In this document: positions 28,893-37,242 of the stretch, in pieces
How the letters are laid out: every line of letters starts with the position of its first letter
Numbering within the stretch: the stretch's first letter is position 1
NCBI GenBank assembly: GCA_965116905.1
Contig: OZ220732.1
Coordinates: 32,001-96,000, forward strand
DNA from: Longimicrobiales bacterium
Lineage (GTDB): Bacteria > Gemmatimonadota > Gemmatimonadetes > Longimicrobiales > Gaopeijiaceae
DNA length: 64,000 nucleotides
Direction: 5' to 3'
Position numbers and translations under genes: made by a program
The notes under the pieces: generated by a model
Told to the model about the DNA's origin: nothing
The model's database searches: none
What the model saw: the letters and a program-made list of their open reading frames with translations, nothing else

Positions 28893-31892
28893 ATGACCAC
28901 GGACACTTCCGAACGGAGCCTTGAACGCCTGATCTGCGAGGCGCTTACTGGTGATCCGTGCGAGCCGCCGTCGAGCGGAACGGTCGGTGAGCCGTCCCCC
29001 GGATACGGCGGCGTCGGCTGGTCTCCCGGTAACGGTCGCGACTACGACCGCGAGTACTGCGTCGACCTCGTCCAACTCCGCACCTTCCTCCACGCCACGC
29101 AGCCCGAATCCGCCCGCGCCCTCCGGCTCGCCGAGGACTGCGCGGCGCGCCGGAAGTTCCTGTCGCGGCTTCATGGCGAGATCAACAAGCGCGGCACCAT
29201 CGACGTGCTCCGGCGCGGCGTCAAGCGCGGCCCCCACGACCTGGAGCTCTTCCACGGCACCCCATCGGCCGGGAACGAGACCGCCCGGCGGCTGTTCGAG
29301 CTGAACCGCTTCACGGTCACCCGCCAGCTACGCTACAGCCGGAACGAGACCCAGCGCGCACTCGACATCGCGCTGTTCATCAACGGCCTTCCCGTCTTCA
29401 CCCTCGAACTCAAGAACAATCTCACGAAGCAGACGGTCCACGATGCCATCCGCCAGTACCAGAGAGATCGCGACCCGAGGGAGCCGCTCTTCCGGCTTGG
29501 ACGCTGCGTGGCGCACTTCGCGGTGGACGAGGGCGAGGTCCGCTTCTGCACCCACCTGGAGGGCAAAGCCTCCTGGTTCCTGCCGTTCAACCGAGGCTGG
29601 AACCAGGGAGCGGGCAACCCACCCAACCCGGACGGCCTCAAGACTGAGTACCTTTGGCGCGACGTGCTGGCCCGCGGGAGCCTGACGGACATCCTCGAAA
29701 ACTACGCCCAGATGTTGACCCCGAAGGACGCCAAGGCGGGGAGGAAGAAACGCATCCTGATCTGGCCCCGGTACCAGCAACTCGATGTGGTGCGCCGCCT
29801 GCTGGACGACGCGCGGCGTCACGGGGCCGGGAAACGATACCTGATCCAGCATTCAGCGGGCAGCGGCAAGAGCTATTCGATCGCATGGCTCGCCCACCAG
29901 ATGATCCCCCTCAAGAAGGACGGCAAGTCGGTCTTTGACTCGATCATCGTAGTCACCGACCGCAAGGTCCTCGATGGCCAGATCCACGACACGATCAAGC
30001 AGTACGCGCAGGTGGGATCGACGGTTGGGCATGCGGACAGGGCCGCCGACCTGAAAACCCTCATCGAGCAGGGCAAGAAGGTCATCATCTCAACGATCCA
30101 GAAGTTCCCGTTCATCCTCGACGAGATCGGGAGCGGGCACCGTCAGCGTAGCTTCGCGATCATCATCGACGAGGCGCATTCGAGCCAAGGCGGGAAGGCC
30201 GCTGGAGCGATGGCGGCCGCGCTCGGCGAGGCGGACGGCGAGGACGGGTACGAGACCTACGAGGACCGCGTCAACCACGAGATCGAGTCTCGGAAGATGC
30301 TCGACAACGCCAGCTATTTCGCCTTCACGGCCACGCCGAAGAACAAGACGCTGGAGCTGTTCGGCGAGCCCGATCCGCAGAGCGACGGCACGGTCAGGCG
30401 CCTTCCGGTCCACAACTACAGCATGAAGCAGGCGATCCAGGAAGGGTTCATCTTGGACGTGCTCGAACACTACACACCCGTCGAGAGCTACTACAGGCTC
30501 GCTAAGACGGTCGAGGAGGACCCGGAGTACGACGTCCGGAAGGCCGGTAAGAAGCTCCGGCGCTACGTCGAGGGCCACGAACACGCGATCCGGCTCAAGG
30601 CCGAGATCATGGTGGACCACTTCCACGAGCAGGTGATCGCCCAGCACAAGCTTGGAGGCAACGCGCGGGCGATGGTGGTCACGAACGGGATCGAGCGCGC
30701 GATCCAGTATTTCCACGCCATCCGAAACTACCTGACGGAGCGCAGGAGTCCTTACGAAGCCCTTGTCGCGTTCTCGGGCGAGCACGACTACGGGGGAGAC
30801 CGGGTGAGCGAGGCCAGCCTGAACGGCCTCCCCTCGTCGAAGATCCCAGAGACGTTCCGGGAGGACCCGCACCGGTTCCTCGTCTGCGCGGACAAGTACC
30901 AGACCGGCTACGACGAGCCGCTGCTGCACACCATGTACGTGGACAAGACGCTCTCGGGGATTAGGGCGGTCCAGACGCTTTCGCGCCTGAATCGGTCGCA
31001 CCCAGAGAAGCGAGACGTGTTCGTGCTCGACTTCCTGAACGACACCGAGACCATCACGAAGGCCTTCTCGGATTACTACCGGACCACGGTCCTGTCCGAC
31101 GAGACCGACCCCGACCGGCTCCACGACCTACAGGCCGACCTTGACGGTGCGCAGGTCTACTCTCCCGATCTGGTCCGGGCGTTCGTGAAGCTGTATCTGG
31201 ACGGCGCGGACCGAGATCGGCTCGACCCCATCCTCGATCGGTGCGTGGCGGTGTATCTCAAGGACTTGGACGAGGACGGGCAGGTCCGGTTCAAGGGCAG
31301 GGCCAAGGCGTTCGCGCGCGCCTACGCTTTCCTGTCCTCGATCCTCCCCTACAACAACCTGGGCTGGGAGGAGCGCTCGATCTTCCTGAACTTCCTGATC
31401 CCGAAGCTGCCGGCACCCGAGGAGCCCGATCTGTCGAAGGGCATCCTTGAGAAAATCGACATGGACAGCTACCGCGTCGAGAAGCATCAGATGCGGAAGA
31501 TCATCCTTGAGGACGAGGACTCGGAGATCGATCCGGTCAGCACGGGCGAGGGCGGCGGCAAGGGCGAGATCGAGACCGACCGCCTTTCAGCGATCATTGA
31601 GGAGTTCAACGACCTGTTCGGTGGAATCGAGTGGGGGGACCGCGACCGTGTCATCCAGACGGCCACCGTGGACATTCCGGCCTCGGTGGCGAAGGACGTA
31701 AGGTTCAAGAACGCGCGGCAGAACTCGGACAGGGCGAACGCCCGCATCGAGTCCGACAAGGCAACGGAGAGGGCGGTGCTTGAGGTCGTGCGGGACAACA
31801 CCCGACTCTTCAAGCTGTTCGCGGACAATCCAGACTTCCGGCGGTGGCTGGCGGACACGGCATTCAGGCTGGCCTACGAAGCGGCGGACTGA
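28893..31892 (+). CDS. hsdR: Type I R-M restriction subunit
   Basis: DIALFINGLPVFTLELKN nuclease motif, HSAGSGKS Walker A, DEAHSS, FTATPK, TGYDEP, QTLSRLNR. Confidence 0.96.
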   Translation: MTTDTSERSLERLICEALTGDPCEPPSSGTVGEPSPGYGGVGWSPGNGRDYDREYCVDLVQLRTFLHATQPESARALRLAEDCAARRKFLSRLHGEINKRGTIDVLRRGVKRGPHDLELFHGTPSAGNETARRLFELNRFTVTRQLRYSRNETQRALDIALFINGLPVFTLELKNNLTKQTVHDAIRQYQRDRDPREPLFRLGRCVAHFAVDEGEVRFCTHLEGKASWFLPFNRGWNQGAGNPPNPDGLKTEYLWRDVLARGSLTDILENYAQMLTPKDAKAGRKKRILIWPRYQQLDVVRRLLDDARRHGAGKRYLIQHSAGSGKSYSIAWLAHQMIPLKKDGKSVFDSIIVVTDRKVLDGQIHDTIKQYAQVGSTVGHADRAADLKTLIEQGKKVIISTIQKFPFILDEIGSGHRQRSFAIIIDEAHSSQGGKAAGAMAAALGEADGEDGYETYEDRVNHEIESRKMLDNASYFAFTATPKNKTLELFGEPDPQSDGTVRRLPVHNYSMKQAIQEGFILDVLEHYTPVESYYRLAKTVEEDPEYDVRKAGKKLRRYVEGHEHAIRLKAEIMVDHFHEQVIAQHKLGGNARAMVVTNGIERAIQYFHAIRNYLTERRSPYEALVAFSGEHDYGGDRVSEASLNGLPSSKIPETFREDPHRFLVCADKYQTGYDEPLLHTMYVDKTLSGIRAVQTLSRLNRSHPEKRDVFVLDFLNDTETITKAFSDYYRTTVLSDETDPDRLHDLQADLDGAQVYSPDLVRAFVKLYLDGADRDRLDPILDRCVAVYLKDLDEDGQVRFKGRAKAFARAYAFLSSILPYNNLGWEERSIFLNFLIPKLPAPEEPDLSKGILEKIDMDSYRVEKHQMRKIILEDEDSEIDPVSTGEGGGKGEIETDRLSAIIEEFNDLFGGIEWGDRDRVIQTATVDIPASVAKDVRFKNARQNSDRANARIESDKATERAVLEVVRDNTRLFKLFADNPDFRRWLADTAFRLAYEAAD

Positions 31893-32616
31893 CGAGAGCG
31901 GGTGGCCTGCTGAGACGTTATCGGGGGGCGTTTTCCAGCCCAGTTGGCGACAACCTGCGGTGGGCCGGATACCTTCTGAAACATCCTGATACTTCTTGAC
32001 ACATTAGGGCGTTTCCCCAGGGGTTGACTGTCCCGCATGGGCTCTTCAGCGTCCAAGCATGGAGGCGCCGAAACACCAGTTCAACGCGCGGGTCTGCACA
32101 TCCCCGATGGACACCTCCGCACCGTCTTCCACGGCATTCGCGGTGAAGCTCCCGATCCGAACCGTGCGGACGGTTCGGCCCCCGGAAGCTCTCGACATGG
32201 GCAGGGATCGGCCTCCGCTGCCCTCGGCTCCGAGGCTGGATTGAAACCCATGACGGATGAGACTCGTAGGATGCCGCCCTTCGGGTCACCGAAGGGTGAA
32301 GGGCGGCACGACCAAGCATCGAGGCGAGAACCGGAGGAGTCGCAAGTAGCCAGACTGATCCACCCCAAGGCGGAACCGGTGCCCATGCCCAGCGACATGG
32401 GCGCTGGCGAGATCGTTCGCCGCTCCGGCTTCCGGAGTGCGTGGACGGCCCGGCACCGCCGGCCTTCGTCCGACCGCCAGCCGCGCCTCGCGAGGTGCGT
32501 CTGAACGGGTTTCCCCGAGCGCTGGCGGAGGTGCCTCGCCACCGCATCGGCGGCGTCGGTCGCCGGGTCCCGGGCGCGGCGCCCACGGGGGTGTTTGGCG
32601 CGTCTAAGGTCGTTCA

Positions 32617-32650
32617 GCCAGCCTACCCATTGTCATACAATGGGGCTGGC
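32617..32650. other. Candidate oriT hairpin
   Basis: GCCAGCC-TA-CCCATTGT-CAT-ACAATGGG-GCTGGC inverted repeat ~100 bp upstream of mobC, ending in CTGGC like the ColE1-family nic context. Confidence 0.55.
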
Positions 32651-32753
32651 GAGGGGTGGCCTCCGCCCCCCCTTCGATCCCCCCGCTCTTCGCGCTCCCG
32701 TGGAGGTCGCGGACGGGGGCTCCGCCCCCCTTCCCCCGTGCCGGTGCGGCGTG

Positions 32754-33095
32754 ATGCCTGAGCGCCGCACCGCCGTCGTCACCGCCCGCGTGTCGGCGAC
32801 CGAGTCCGCCGACTGGCGGGCCAAGGCGAAGGCCGCCGGCGTGCCCCTGTCGGCGCTGATCCGGCGGGCGATGGCCCGCACGCGGACGTGGACCGCCCGC
32901 GCGGCCGAGGTCGAGCGCGAGCGCACCCGGCAGGTCTCGCGGATCGGGAACAACCTGAACCAGATCGCGCGGTGGGCCAATCGCCACAAGGGGGCGGCCG
33001 AGGCCGTAGAGGTCCTCGCCCGCCTCGTCTCCATCGAGCGGGCGCTTACGGCGCTGGCCCGCTTCGAGAGCCCGGAGGACGACAATGCACATTAA
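32754..33095 (+). CDS. mobC: MobC/MbeC relaxosome accessory protein
   Basis: RHH-like N-terminus and RIGNNLNQIARWAN signature; overlaps relaxase start. Confidence 0.92.
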   Translation: MPERRTAVVTARVSATESADWRAKAKAAGVPLSALIRRAMARTRTWTARAAEVERERTRQVSRIGNNLNQIARWANRHKGAAEAVEVLARLVSIERALTALARFESPEDDNAH

Positions 33096-34656
33096 GTTCC
33101 TCGCGCACGGGACCGGGTCGGCGTGGGCTGCGGCCAAGTACCTCCTCGGGGAGCAGGATGCGGCCGGGAAGCCGCGCGAGGGCGTCGAGGTGCTGCGGGG
33201 GAATCCGGAGATGGTGGCCGCGGTCGCCGACTCGCTCGACTTCGAGCACAGGTACACGTCGGGCGTGATCGCTTGGGCGCCGGACGACCATCCCACCGAC
33301 GAGCAGATCGAGCGCGTCCTCGACGACTTCGAGAAGACGGCCTGGGCGGGGATGGAGCCCGACCGCTACGCATGGGCGGCCGTGCTCCACCGTGAAGAGG
33401 GCGGGGGTGCCCATGTCCATGTCCTTGCGGCGCGTTGCGACCTTGAGACCGGCCGCAGCCTCAACATCGCGCCTCCGGGCTGGCAGCGAACGTTCGATCC
33501 GCTCCGCGACGCTTTCAACCACGAGCACGGCTGGGGCCGTCCGGACGATCCGGCGAGGGCCAGAGTGCAGCAGCCCGGACACCGCGCCTACATCGAGGCG
33601 GCGCAGTTGCGGACCGGGCTCCGGCTCGAAGCCTCACCGCGCGACCTGATCCGCGACTACCTGATCCAGCGTGTCGAGCACGGCATGGTGCGGGACCGCC
33701 ACGATGTCCTCGCCGCGCTGCGGGAGGCCGGCCTCGAAGTGCCGCGCCAAGGCAAGGACTATCTCACCGCGATGGACCCCGAGACCGGGGGCCGGTGGCG
33801 GCTGAAAGGAGAACTGTACGCACTTGACTTCGACCGCGAACGACTTGAGCGACCGGCTGAGGAAGCGGCTGGAGAGCGAACGCAAGGAAATCGAGGAGTT
33901 GACCGCGAGCGAGCTGAAGCGGCTCGCCGAGAACTCGCGGCGCGTTGCGAGGAACGCGCTCAGTACAATCGAGCGCGATACGGAGGAGGCGACCGGGCGG
34001 ATGCGCGAGTTGCTCGTCAAGGCGTGGCAACGGCCTCTGATCGTCGGCCTGAGCCTTTGGCTCGGTTTCTTCGGCGGAAGCTGGGCGACGATGCGCTGGT
34101 TGGCGGGGAGCATCCAGACCCGGATCGAGGCCCGCACCGAACTGGGCCGGGACATCGAGGACGCCCGGCGGACGCTTGCCCAACTGGAGGTGGACACTTG
34201 GGGGCTCGTGTTCCACGAGATCGAGGGCGAGCGGTTCGTGGTGGTGCCGGACGCGGCGTTGGACGATCCGCCCTGGAGGGTGGACGGTCGCCCGGCGTTG
34301 AAGCTGTCGAACGAGTGAAGGAGGTCTATGACCGCGTTAGAGGAGCAGTTGACGAGGGCCTTGCGGAGGTTGTCCGCGCAGTACGAGACGGAACAGCGGC
34401 GGCAATCCGGGCAGCTCGAAGCCTTGCGGCGGCACGTCGAGCGGCAAGGCGGAGAGAACGAAGCCTTGAGGCGGCACGTCGAGCGGCTGAGCGGGGAGAA
34501 CGAAGTCTTGCAGCGGCGAATCGAGCGGCTCGACGGGCAAGTGACACGCTTGGCCGAGTACTATGGGACATCCGCCGCCGCGAGACCGAGCGGTCGCGGC
34601 TGGTGATAAGGCCGCCGACGCCCGGGCCGGACCGCGATGCCGGACCGAGCCGCTGA
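33085..34656 (+). CDS. mobA: Relaxase, ColE1 MbeA/MOBP5-like
   Basis: MHIKF..G.G....YLL, VLRGNP, YTSGV, HREEGGGAHVH, DLETGRSLN, RLKG.LY. Confidence 0.9.
   Translation: MHIKFLAHGTGSAWAAAKYLLGEQDAAGKPREGVEVLRGNPEMVAAVADSLDFEHRYTSGVIAWAPDDHPTDEQIERVLDDFEKTAWAGMEPDRYAWAAVLHREEGGGAHVHVLAARCDLETGRSLNIAPPGWQRTFDPLRDAFNHEHGWGRPDDPARARVQQPGHRAYIEAAQLRTGLRLEASPRDLIRDYLIQRVEHGMVRDRHDVLAALREAGLEVPRQGKDYLTAMDPETGGRWRLKGELYALDFDRERLERPAEEAAGERTQGNRGVDRERAEAARRELAARCEERAQYNRARYGGGDRADARVARQGVATASDRRPEPLARFLRRKLGDDALVGGEHPDPDRGPHRTGPGHRGRPADACPTGGGHLGARVPRDRGRAVRGGAGRGVGRSALEGGRSPGVEAVERVKEVYDRVRGAVDEGLAEVVRAVRDGTAAAIRAARSLAAARRAARRRERSLEAARRAAERGERSLAAANRAARRASDTLGRVLWDIRRRETERSRLVIRPPTPGPDRDAGPSR
33824..34318 (+). 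CDS. MbeB/MobB-like protein overprinted inside relaxase gene
   Basis: Coiled-coil N-terminus, one hydrophobic segment, TWGL..HE..GERFVVVP tail; AAGGAG RBS; position as mbeB in ColE1. Confidence 0.65.
   Translation: MTSTANDLSDRLRKRLESERKEIEELTASELKRLAENSRRVARNALSTIERDTEEATGRMRELLVKAWQRPLIVGLSLWLGFFGGSWATMRWLAGSIQTRIEARTELGRDIEDARRTLAQLEVDTWGLVFHEIEGERFVVVPDAALDDPPWRVDGRPALKLSNE
34328..34606 (+). CDS. MbeD/MobD-like coiled-coil protein overprinted inside relaxase gene
   Basis: MTALEEQLTRALRRLSAQY resembles MbeD N-terminus; GGAGGT RBS. Confidence 0.72.
   Translation: MTALEEQLTRALRRLSAQYETEQRRQSGQLEALRRHVERQGGENEALRRHVERLSGENEVLQRRIERLDGQVTRLAEYYGTSAAARPSGRGW
34418..34536. repeat. 42-bp imperfect tandem repeat (~3 copies)
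   Basis: Units begin at 34418, 34460, 34502 (GAAGCCTTG.GGCGGCACGTCGAGCGGC...GAGAAC). Confidence 0.8.
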
Positions 34657-34763
34657 TGGTCGCGTTCGCAAACGGGAGCCGTGAGTCTGGCGCGGGCGCA
34701 CTCGCTCCGCGAGCTTCCGGGCAGGCGGATCGTGCAGTCCATCGAATCGAGAGGAATCGAACG

Positions 34764-35933
34764 ATGGCACGCACGAAACGAAGTCGGCGCTCTTACGGCG
34801 CCGGTGAATGGGGCCGGAACCGGGTCCGGGTGTTTCCCGATCCCAAGACCGGCTTGTACCAGATCGAGTGGCGCGAGAACGGGCGCAGACTCACGAGGTC
34901 GCTCAAGCACCGCGACTGGTCGCGGGCCAAGAGGCAGGCCGACGAGGCCGCCGCTGGCCTTGCGGGGCTGGGGCTGAACGGTCGGAAGGACGCCGAGCCT
35001 GAGCCGCTCACACTGGGAAGGCTTCTTGAAATCTACGGTGAGGAGGTGACGCCCATGAAGGCGGAGACTTCTCAGAGGTCCGACCGGGCCGCGACGAAGA
35101 TGTTTCTCGGGTTCTTCGGTCGAGACCGGAGGCCGGAGACGCTGTCGCGGAGGGACTGGGACCGGTTCATCCGGGCGCGGCGCGCGGGCAAGATCGGCCC
35201 GAGCGGCAGGCCCGTGTCCGACCGGACCATCGAACACGACCTCAAGTTCCTGATCGCAGTCTTCAACTGGGCCGCGAAGTCGAGGGACGAGGCGGGGAGG
35301 CTGCTCCTCCGCTCGAACCCGCTGAAGGGCCTGAAGACGCCCACGGAGAAGAACCCCACCCGAGTGGTGTTGTCGGAGGAGGAATACCACGCGTTGCTCG
35401 GAGTCTCCCGGAAGATGGACTGGCGGTTCCATGTCGCCTTGGTCCTCGCGCACGAGACCGGACACCGAATCGGGGCCATCCGAAAGCTCCGGTGGCCGGA
35501 CATCGACCTTGAGGGCGGAGTGGTGCGGTGGCGCGCTGAGCACGAGAAGACCGGCTACGAGCACTACACGCCGGTGACCGCCGAGGCGCTAGCCGCCTTG
35601 GAAGAGGCGCGAAGGAAGAATCCCGGAAACGGGGACGATCCGGTGCTGACGGCATCCACGGACACCTCAAGGTGCGTGGGCCGTTCGCTGGTCCGCTACT
35701 GGTGGAACCGAGCCGAGAAGCTCGCGGGTTTGGAACCGCAACGGGGCAGAGGTTGGCACTCGCTGAGACGGAAGTTCGCCAGTGACTTGATGGACCAGCC
35801 CCTCAAGGTGCTCTGCGAGTTGGGAGGCTGGAAGACGGCCAAGACCGTTCTTCAGTGCTATCAGAGAGCCGACGAAGACCGACTGCGGCAGGCGCTCGCG
35901 AGCCGCCGCAACGGCGCGCTCGATCCCGTTTAG
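34764..35933 (+). CDS. Tyrosine recombinase/integrase
   Basis: ETGHRIG (R), HEKTG (K), WHSLRR (HxxR), LGGW, LQCY (Y); N-terminal arm-binding-like region; GAGGA RBS. Confidence 0.93.
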   Translation: MARTKRSRRSYGAGEWGRNRVRVFPDPKTGLYQIEWRENGRRLTRSLKHRDWSRAKRQADEAAAGLAGLGLNGRKDAEPEPLTLGRLLEIYGEEVTPMKAETSQRSDRAATKMFLGFFGRDRRPETLSRRDWDRFIRARRAGKIGPSGRPVSDRTIEHDLKFLIAVFNWAAKSRDEAGRLLLRSNPLKGLKTPTEKNPTRVVLSEEEYHALLGVSRKMDWRFHVALVLAHETGHRIGAIRKLRWPDIDLEGGVVRWRAEHEKTGYEHYTPVTAEALAALEEARRKNPGNGDDPVLTASTDTSRCVGRSLVRYWWNRAEKLAGLEPQRGRGWHSLRRKFASDLMDQPLKVLCELGGWKTAKTVLQCYQRADEDRLRQALASRRNGALDPV

Positions 35934-35945
35934 CGGGAACGGATC

Positions 35946-35958
35946 GGCGGGAATCCTG
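35946..35958 (+). repeat. Putative integrase arm-type site (right)
   Basis: GGCGGGAATCCTG identical to 18117-18129. Confidence 0.55.
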
Positions 35959-36015
35959 ACCTCCAATCCCGTAACCTCAACCATCGCAACACGATGAGAA
36001 TCTGTGACCTCCCGC

Positions 36016-36038
36016 CGTTACGTCAGAGTCAAGGGGGG
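36016..36038 (+). repeat. attR candidate
   Basis: CGTTACGTCAGAGTCAAGGGGGG, ~80 bp after the integrase stop. Confidence 0.8.
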
Positions 36039-36130
36039 TTGTATCTTGTTTGATTCTTGGACTTACGGGTTTCGGTGGCTGGACTGTCCAACGAAGTAGG
36101 ACCACCGCAACGAAACCAAAGGAACGAACC

Positions 36131-37063
36131 ATGACGAACCAGACCCTCGCCCCCGGCAAGAACGACATCCAGTTCAAGAGCCTGGGTAACAATCTCGCTG
36201 CTCACCTCTACATCCCTGAGGGATTCGACGAGAACGGCAGCTACCCGGCAATCATCTACTCCGGACCCTTCAACCAGGTCAAAGAGCAGACCGGCGCCGT
36301 CTACGGTCCTCGACTGGCTGAACGCGGCTACGTCACCATCGTCTTCGACCATATCGGCTACGGCGACAGCGAAGGGGAGATTCGCAACAACGAGAACTCC
36401 TTCATGAAGATCGAGAGCATCCGTGACGCGATCAGCTTCATGGGAACGCTGCCCTTCGTCGATCGTCAGAGGCTCTTCGGGCTGGGCGTTTGCGCCTCGG
36501 GCGGCTACATCGCCCTCGCCGCCACGACGGACAAGCGCCTCAAGGCCATCGCTACCGTCTCCGGTATGCTCGGCAACCAGCAGTCCTACTTCGGTACGAT
36601 GGATCGAGAGACGATCACCGCGCTGATCACTGCACAGAACGCCGGTCGGCAAAAGACCTACGAAACCGGTGAGGTCGAGTATGTGGACGCCTTGGGGCTG
36701 GAAGCGGGCAAAGATGCCCCGGAAGGCGCCTTGCGCGACGGTTACGACTACTACATGACCGAGCGGGCCGGTGCCCAGACCTACCCAAACTACAACCACC
36801 TGGCACCGTCCTTCATGCTGGAAGCACCGATGCTCGCCGATGCGATGAGCTACGCGCCCTATCTCTACACGCCGTTCATTGGCATCCATGGTGAACACGC
36901 CGGCACCGCAACTTTGACCACCTCATTCCATGAAAAAGCGTCTGAGCCCAAGGAGCTGGTTGAGATCTCCGGCGCTACGCACGTCTCGCTCTACGATATC
37001 CCGGAAGATGTTGACCGGGCCGTCGAGGCCATGGACCGCTTCTTCGAGAAGCACTCGGCCTGA
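36131..37063 (+). CDS. Alpha/beta hydrolase (YcjY-like)
   Basis: VKEQT...Y...LAERGY, GDSEG, GVCASGGY nucleophile elbow, GATHVSLYD; AAGGA RBS. Confidence 0.88.
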   Translation: MTNQTLAPGKNDIQFKSLGNNLAAHLYIPEGFDENGSYPAIIYSGPFNQVKEQTGAVYGPRLAERGYVTIVFDHIGYGDSEGEIRNNENSFMKIESIRDAISFMGTLPFVDRQRLFGLGVCASGGYIALAATTDKRLKAIATVSGMLGNQQSYFGTMDRETITALITAQNAGRQKTYETGEVEYVDALGLEAGKDAPEGALRDGYDYYMTERAGAQTYPNYNHLAPSFMLEAPMLADAMSYAPYLYTPFIGIHGEHAGTATLTTSFHEKASEPKELVEISGATHVSLYDIPEDVDRAVEAMDRFFEKHSA

Positions 37064-37068
37064 CGAAG

Positions 37069-37095
37069 AGCCGGCCCCGGGGGCCGGGGCCGGCT
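37069..37095 (+). terminator. Hairpin downstream of hydrolase
   Basis: AGCCGGCCCCGG-GGG-CCGGGGCCGGCT 12-bp stem just after the stop. Confidence 0.5.
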
Positions 37096-37242
37096 ATCGA
37101 CCAGGCGAACAAGAAGATTGTCCACCGCCAAGTCGGACCGGACGAGGCAAGGCCTGCCCCCGGCGCGGGCGAAAGGTTGAGCGGCAGGGCGACGATGGCC
37201 TCCCGCCAGCGTTCTCGATGATCCCCGCCGGATGTTGCTCTG

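Larger units (their letters stand above)
17977..36038. mobile_element. Integrative mobilisable element / defence island (~18 kb)
   Basis: Flanking 23-bp direct repeats; terminal tyrosine integrase; mobC-relaxase-oriT; defence cargo; no T4SS or rep gene seen. Confidence 0.85.

Noticed and set aside
32150..32180. CCGAACCGT..ACGGTTCGG as group II intron domain V
   Set aside because: Only a simple hairpin; the rest of domain V/VI and any RT ORF are absent.
32037..32504. 155-aa ORF (and opposite-strand ORFs) as rep or excisionase
   Set aside because: Low-complexity translation with no HTH or Rep motif.
36131..37063. Alpha/beta hydrolase as island cargo
   Set aside because: It appears somewhat less GC-rich than the backbone but lies outside the right att repeat; a separate acquisition cannot be shown.
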